A stretch of 64,000 nt of DNA, taken from contig JAFGDT010000041.1 of assembly GCA_016931965.1 (NCBI GenBank), positions 18,851 to 82,850 of the forward strand, given 5' to 3'. The notes under the pieces were generated by a model. It was not told the origin of the DNA and ran no database searches. It worked only from the letters and a program-made list of their open reading frames with translations. Position numbers and translations under genes: made by a program. Shown piece by piece: positions 60,584 to 64,000 of the stretch. How positions within the stretch are numbered: the first letter of the stretch is position 1; each line of letters begins with the position of its first letter. Source of the DNA: a bacterium (lineage in GTDB: Bacteria; Zhuqueibacterota; QNDG01; DSAB01).

Positions 60584-62728
60584 ATGATGATGCCGATACC
60601 AACAAAAGGAAACAGGATGAGGAAAAGAATCTATCTTATTATCATTCTTTGCTTTATTTGTTCTTTCGTTCAAGTAGTGTATTTCCATGCACAGCGTGCT
60701 GAAAGAATCTCTCTTCACAAAGTACCGCTCTGGGGCCAATTCGAGATGTCCTGCCGGAACAGCCATGCCTATCACGATCCATTTCGTGATGTTTCTCTGG
60801 ATGTAATCTACACACGTCCGGACAGCAGTACAATCCAATTCCACGGATTTTATGTAGGAGATCAATTGTGGAAATTCCGCTTTATGCCGGATCAACTGGG
60901 TGTATGGACTTACAAAGCAACTTTTTCGGATGGACAGGCCGGAAAAGATGGCACCTTCGATGTCGTACCCTCCGATTTACACGGACCTATTGTGAAAGAT
61001 GCATCCAACCCGAGATGGTTCGGATTTGCAGACGGCAGCCATGTGTTGCTGAGGAGCTTTCATTGTGGAGACCGCTTTTTTGCAGAAAACTGGCCGGAAC
61101 AGGAACGGCGGGCATTCCTGGATTGGGCTGAGATCCACGGATACAACCTGTTGTCCGTTGCCAGCCACTATCTCAACCGGGATGTACCCGGACGGGGCCA
61201 AGGATGGGCGACACCTGATTTATGGGATGACGAAGAGCGAAAGGTCAATCCTGCTGAGTATGATCAAATGGAAGTCATACTCAGAGACCTGGCTGAAAGA
61301 AAGATTATGGTATTTCCCTTTGCCGGTTTTTTCGGACAGAGTTCAGATTTTCCCCGGAATCCCACGGATCAGGCATTTTACATCCGTTACACCCTCTCAC
61401 GCATCGCCTGTTTCTGGAACCTGCTTTTCAACGTGGCCGGTCCGGAGCCGGATGCCAAACCGGATGAATTTTACGGATCCATGACCATGGACGATGTGGA
61501 CCACCTGGGATCGTTGATCGACAGTCTGGATATTTTTAACCACCTGATCTCCATTCACACACGACCCGACCGTGACGATCCTTTCTCGAATGAGGAATGG
61601 TCCGGATATGCAACACTCCAGGGTGCTCGGGGAACCGACTGGCAACAGGTTAACCGGTTCATGCTGGATAACCATACCGGTCAAAAACCGGTCTATGCGC
61701 ATGAGGTGTTCTGGCCGGGCAATTCACTACATCAGATTTCAACCCTGGAAGAGGTTCGGAAAAAAGCCTTTGTCCTTCTTTTTTCTGCGGCAACCATCAA
61801 TCTCGGCGATATGAACGGGAATTCCTCATCAGGATTCAGCGGCAGCCTCGATTTATCGCAATGCAATCAGGATCTGCACAACACAATGAAAGGGGTGTGG
61901 GATTGGTTTGAAAGGCTACCTTTTTATCGGATGTCCCCACAGCAGAATCTTGTTTCCAATGGCATTTGTCTTGCTCAGGAGGGCATCTGTTATGCCGTTT
62001 ACCTGCCAGAGGGTGGCATAACGACACTGAACCTCAAAAGTGCAAAGGGACAATATACTTTAAGATGGTACAATCCCCGGATCCGATCCTATCAGGAATC
62101 AGATAACCTTTATAATGGAAACCAGCCATTGACCTTGGAGTCTCCCTCGGATGAAGACTGGGTAGTCCTACTCAACCGCACTCAAATCCCTATTCACAAA
62201 CAAATCAATGGTATTATCTCAATTGAAGCGGAGCATTATGTGGCCGGGACAGGTTGGTGTGAAGTTGAAGGGATCAGTGGAACAGCCATGCGGGATCCAG
62301 ACGACAGCGATTCCGGGCACCTGGTCTACGAAATTGAATTTAATCAAGCTGGCGATTACTGGGTCTATGGATTAATGCGCCGGACAGATCTCGAACATGC
62401 CGACAGAGCCAATGACACGTTTTTTGACCTGAACGGTTGGAAGCTCTACGGCATCGACGGAAAAACCCGCCCGGATGGACTGCGTTGTACACACACGGAT
62501 TTCACATGGCAGAGCGGACCGAAAGGGCCCGGCCCGCACACGCCGCGTGATATCATTGGCCAGCCTGTTTATGTGCACATTCCGGGTCCGGGCAGGTATT
62601 CGGTTCACATCACCAAGCGAAGCATCGGGTTCGAAATCGACAAGTTTGTTTTTCTTCCGGAAAACATTGCCCCACAGAACAGCGGTCCGGATGAAACGCT
62701 TTTCATTGAAGACAATAATGAATATTAG
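60584..62728 (+). CDS. Secreted putative glycoside hydrolase with a DUF5060 N-domain, a GH-A-like barrel and a C-terminal carbohydrate-binding-like domain (fourth paralog)
   Basis: Signal peptide. FHGFYVGDQLWKFRFMPDQLGVWTYKATF is DUF5060-like. The C-terminal 180 aa, IEAEHYVAGTGW...GWKLYG, look like a lectin/CBM beta-sandwich. Confidence 0.55.
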   Translation: MMMPIPTKGNRMRKRIYLIIILCFICSFVQVVYFHAQRAERISLHKVPLWGQFEMSCRNSHAYHDPFRDVSLDVIYTRPDSSTIQFHGFYVGDQLWKFRFMPDQLGVWTYKATFSDGQAGKDGTFDVVPSDLHGPIVKDASNPRWFGFADGSHVLLRSFHCGDRFFAENWPEQERRAFLDWAEIHGYNLLSVASHYLNRDVPGRGQGWATPDLWDDEERKVNPAEYDQMEVILRDLAERKIMVFPFAGFFGQSSDFPRNPTDQAFYIRYTLSRIACFWNLLFNVAGPEPDAKPDEFYGSMTMDDVDHLGSLIDSLDIFNHLISIHTRPDRDDPFSNEEWSGYATLQGARGTDWQQVNRFMLDNHTGQKPVYAHEVFWPGNSLHQISTLEEVRKKAFVLLFSAATINLGDMNGNSSSGFSGSLDLSQCNQDLHNTMKGVWDWFERLPFYRMSPQQNLVSNGICLAQEGICYAVYLPEGGITTLNLKSAKGQYTLRWYNPRIRSYQESDNLYNGNQPLTLESPSDEDWVVLLNRTQIPIHKQINGIISIEAEHYVAGTGWCEVEGISGTAMRDPDDSDSGHLVYEIEFNQAGDYWVYGLMRRTDLEHADRANDTFFDLNGWKLYGIDGKTRPDGLRCTHTDFTWQSGPKGPGPHTPRDIIGQPVYVHIPGPGRYSVHITKRSIGFEIDKFVFLPENIAPQNSGPDETLFIEDNNEY

Positions 62729-62738
62729 AAAGGTTCTC

Positions 62739-63104
62739 ATGTTTAAATTTGTATTATCCATTTTGATGATAATTACCCAGTTGGTGATGTCACAGGAAAC
62801 TGAAAAAGTACTGGTCATATCAATGGACGAATATCAGGACCGCTGTGAAGCTGTCTGGACCGCCCAGATGGTCGGTCATTTTTTTGGCATATCCCCCTTT
62901 GAGCATAACCAGGCCGCCATGAAATGGGTGGATGATTATTCCGAAGAAATCCAAGAACATATTCGGGAAAACGGAGGTGTGGGATACGTCGATGATGACT
63001 GGTACTATGAAATAGTCAACCTCCAGGCCTTGGAAAAATACGGCCCCGATATGACACTTGAGGAACTGGGGCAGCAGTGGATAGAAAACAATGTGGGTGT
63101 CTGA
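62739..63104 (+). CDS. Short secreted protein of 122 aa, possibly a truncated and degenerate ADP-ribosylglycohydrolase-like N-terminal fragment
   Basis: The ATG at 62739 has a GAAAGG ribosome-binding site and a signal peptide. DRCEAVWTAQMVGHFFGISPFE has the same spacing as the ARH N-terminal motif DR.........VGDALG.P.E, but the metal-ligand Asp is replaced by His. The ORF stops after 122 aa. Confidence 0.3.
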   Translation: MFKFVLSILMIITQLVMSQETEKVLVISMDEYQDRCEAVWTAQMVGHFFGISPFEHNQAAMKWVDDYSEEIQEHIRENGGVGYVDDDWYYEIVNLQALEKYGPDMTLEELGQQWIENNVGV

Positions 63105-63233
63105 GGATCGAGCGGACTGGCGCAGAGCAAGTAAAAAGATAAAAAACCAATTGCTATCATAAGAAGGATTACTGTATTTGCCAAGGCGAAAAATGGATGT
63201 CATTCATTAGATTCATTAACTGAAGGGAAACGA

Positions 63234-64000
63234 TGAGGTTTCAATCCAAGAATGTTTTAATAACCGGAGCTTCACGGGGGATCGGTTTATCAATAGCCAA
63301 AGCTTTTGCCGCAGAAGGTGCCCATGTATTCATGACAGCTCGCTCAGAAGAAAGACTGAAAGCCGAAGCTGCAGCAATTAACAACACAGGTGGATCTGCT
63401 TGTTGGTACATCATGGATGTTGCCAGCGATAAATCGGTTAAACAAACAACACAGGCAGTGCTAACAGATTTTGGCCAAATCCACATTTTAATCAATAATG
63501 CAGCCATTGCTCATCAGGAGTTATTTCTAAAAAATGATGCGTCCATTGCACGCATGGAGATGGAGGTTAATTATTTCGGCCTTCTGCGAGTTGCAAGGGC
63601 TATTCTGCCTTCCATGATTGAAAAAAATGAGGGAACACTCGTTGTTGTATCATCTGTAACAGGCAGGGTTCCCTATCCAACACAATCAACCTATAGCGCC
63701 AGTAAAGCTGCCATTATTGCATTTTCCGAAGCATTGCGGGGAGAAGTGAAACCATTTGGAATAAAAGTGATCGTGATTCTTCCTGGCGTAACAGATACCG
63801 AAATGGCTAAAGACATAATTATAGATGGACCTCCGCCGCAGAAGCCAGAGAAAGTGGCGAGAATCGTCGTGGACGCCGTTGCCTCTGGGAAAAAAGAGGT
63901 TATCACAAATTTCCCAAGTAGAATGTTCATTATCTTAAAAAAGCTGGTTCCCAACATCACGGACAGGATTATGATATCTAGCAGTAAGAGATTTATTGGC
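63234..64000 (+). CDS. Short-chain dehydrogenase/reductase (classical SDR), 3'-partial at the window edge
   Basis: Hand translation gives MRFQSKNVLITGASRGIGLSIA... (TGxxxGIG), NNAAI and the YSASK catalytic motif. The reading frame stays open to position 64000. Confidence 0.8.

Overview
This 64-kb window looks like a contiguous chromosomal segment of a Gram-negative (diderm) bacterium at roughly 45% GC. The evidence for diderm status is a TolC-like channel, a membrane-fusion protein, beta-barrel outer-membrane proteins and lipobox lipoproteins. Coding density is high. Nearly all genes were called by reading motifs in the supplied ORF translations; nothing was searched against a database.

Positions 1-36.8 kb are mostly housekeeping genes on the minus strand:
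- a 5' fragment of purM coupled to a DUF4416 gene
- a secreted Tricorn-like S41 protease
- ugd, ahcY and metK
- a SIS-type PGI/PMI and HPr
- a polyprenyl synthase and a type-2 IPP isomerase
- a pentapeptide/STAS pair
- a five-gene TolC-MFP-ABC (MacAB-like) efflux operon
- a CCA-adding enzyme
- an ECF sigma, anti-sigma and YbjQ operon
- carAB
- prfA, a DUF1385 gene and rpmE

Positions 36.86-39.97 kb form a roughly 3-kb AT-rich insertion (about one third GC by eye). It carries an I-TevI/Seg-type GIY-YIG homing endonuclease with NUMOD3- and NUMOD1-like tails. Next to it is a gene for a PD-(D/E)xK nuclease with an HsdR-N-like N-terminus and an unrecognised C-terminal domain. The insertion also has a 626-bp hairpin-rich non-coding stretch with a plus-strand intrinsic terminator but no plus-strand gene, and recurring GCTTTTAA-type palindromes in the 5' regions of both nuclease genes. 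I consider this the best candidate for an undescribed mobile or defense module.

Downstream are two small membrane proteins, one of them a zinc-ribbon protein with about six 11-residue Gly-rich repeats. These are followed by a fused trehalose-6-phosphate synthase/phosphatase, an ACE-like (M2) lipoprotein peptidase, an outer-membrane beta-barrel protein, Nif3, a TIGR04076-like Cys protein, PlsC, RluD, a ferritin-like protein and a membrane protein.

Positions 50.6-62.7 kb hold a co-directional block of seven secreted proteins:
- four paralogs that pair a DUF5060 N-domain with a GH-A-clan TIM barrel, some DUF4038/GH140-like with a collagen-binding-like C-terminus, one with a C-terminal carbohydrate-binding-like domain
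- a PF12831-type FAD oxidoreductase lipoprotein
- an S9 peptidase
- a SASA-type esterase

This is an unusual glycan-degradation locus with no adjacent transporter. The window ends with a short ARH-like fragment and a partial SDR gene.

No rRNA, tRNA, CRISPR array or transposase was detected.
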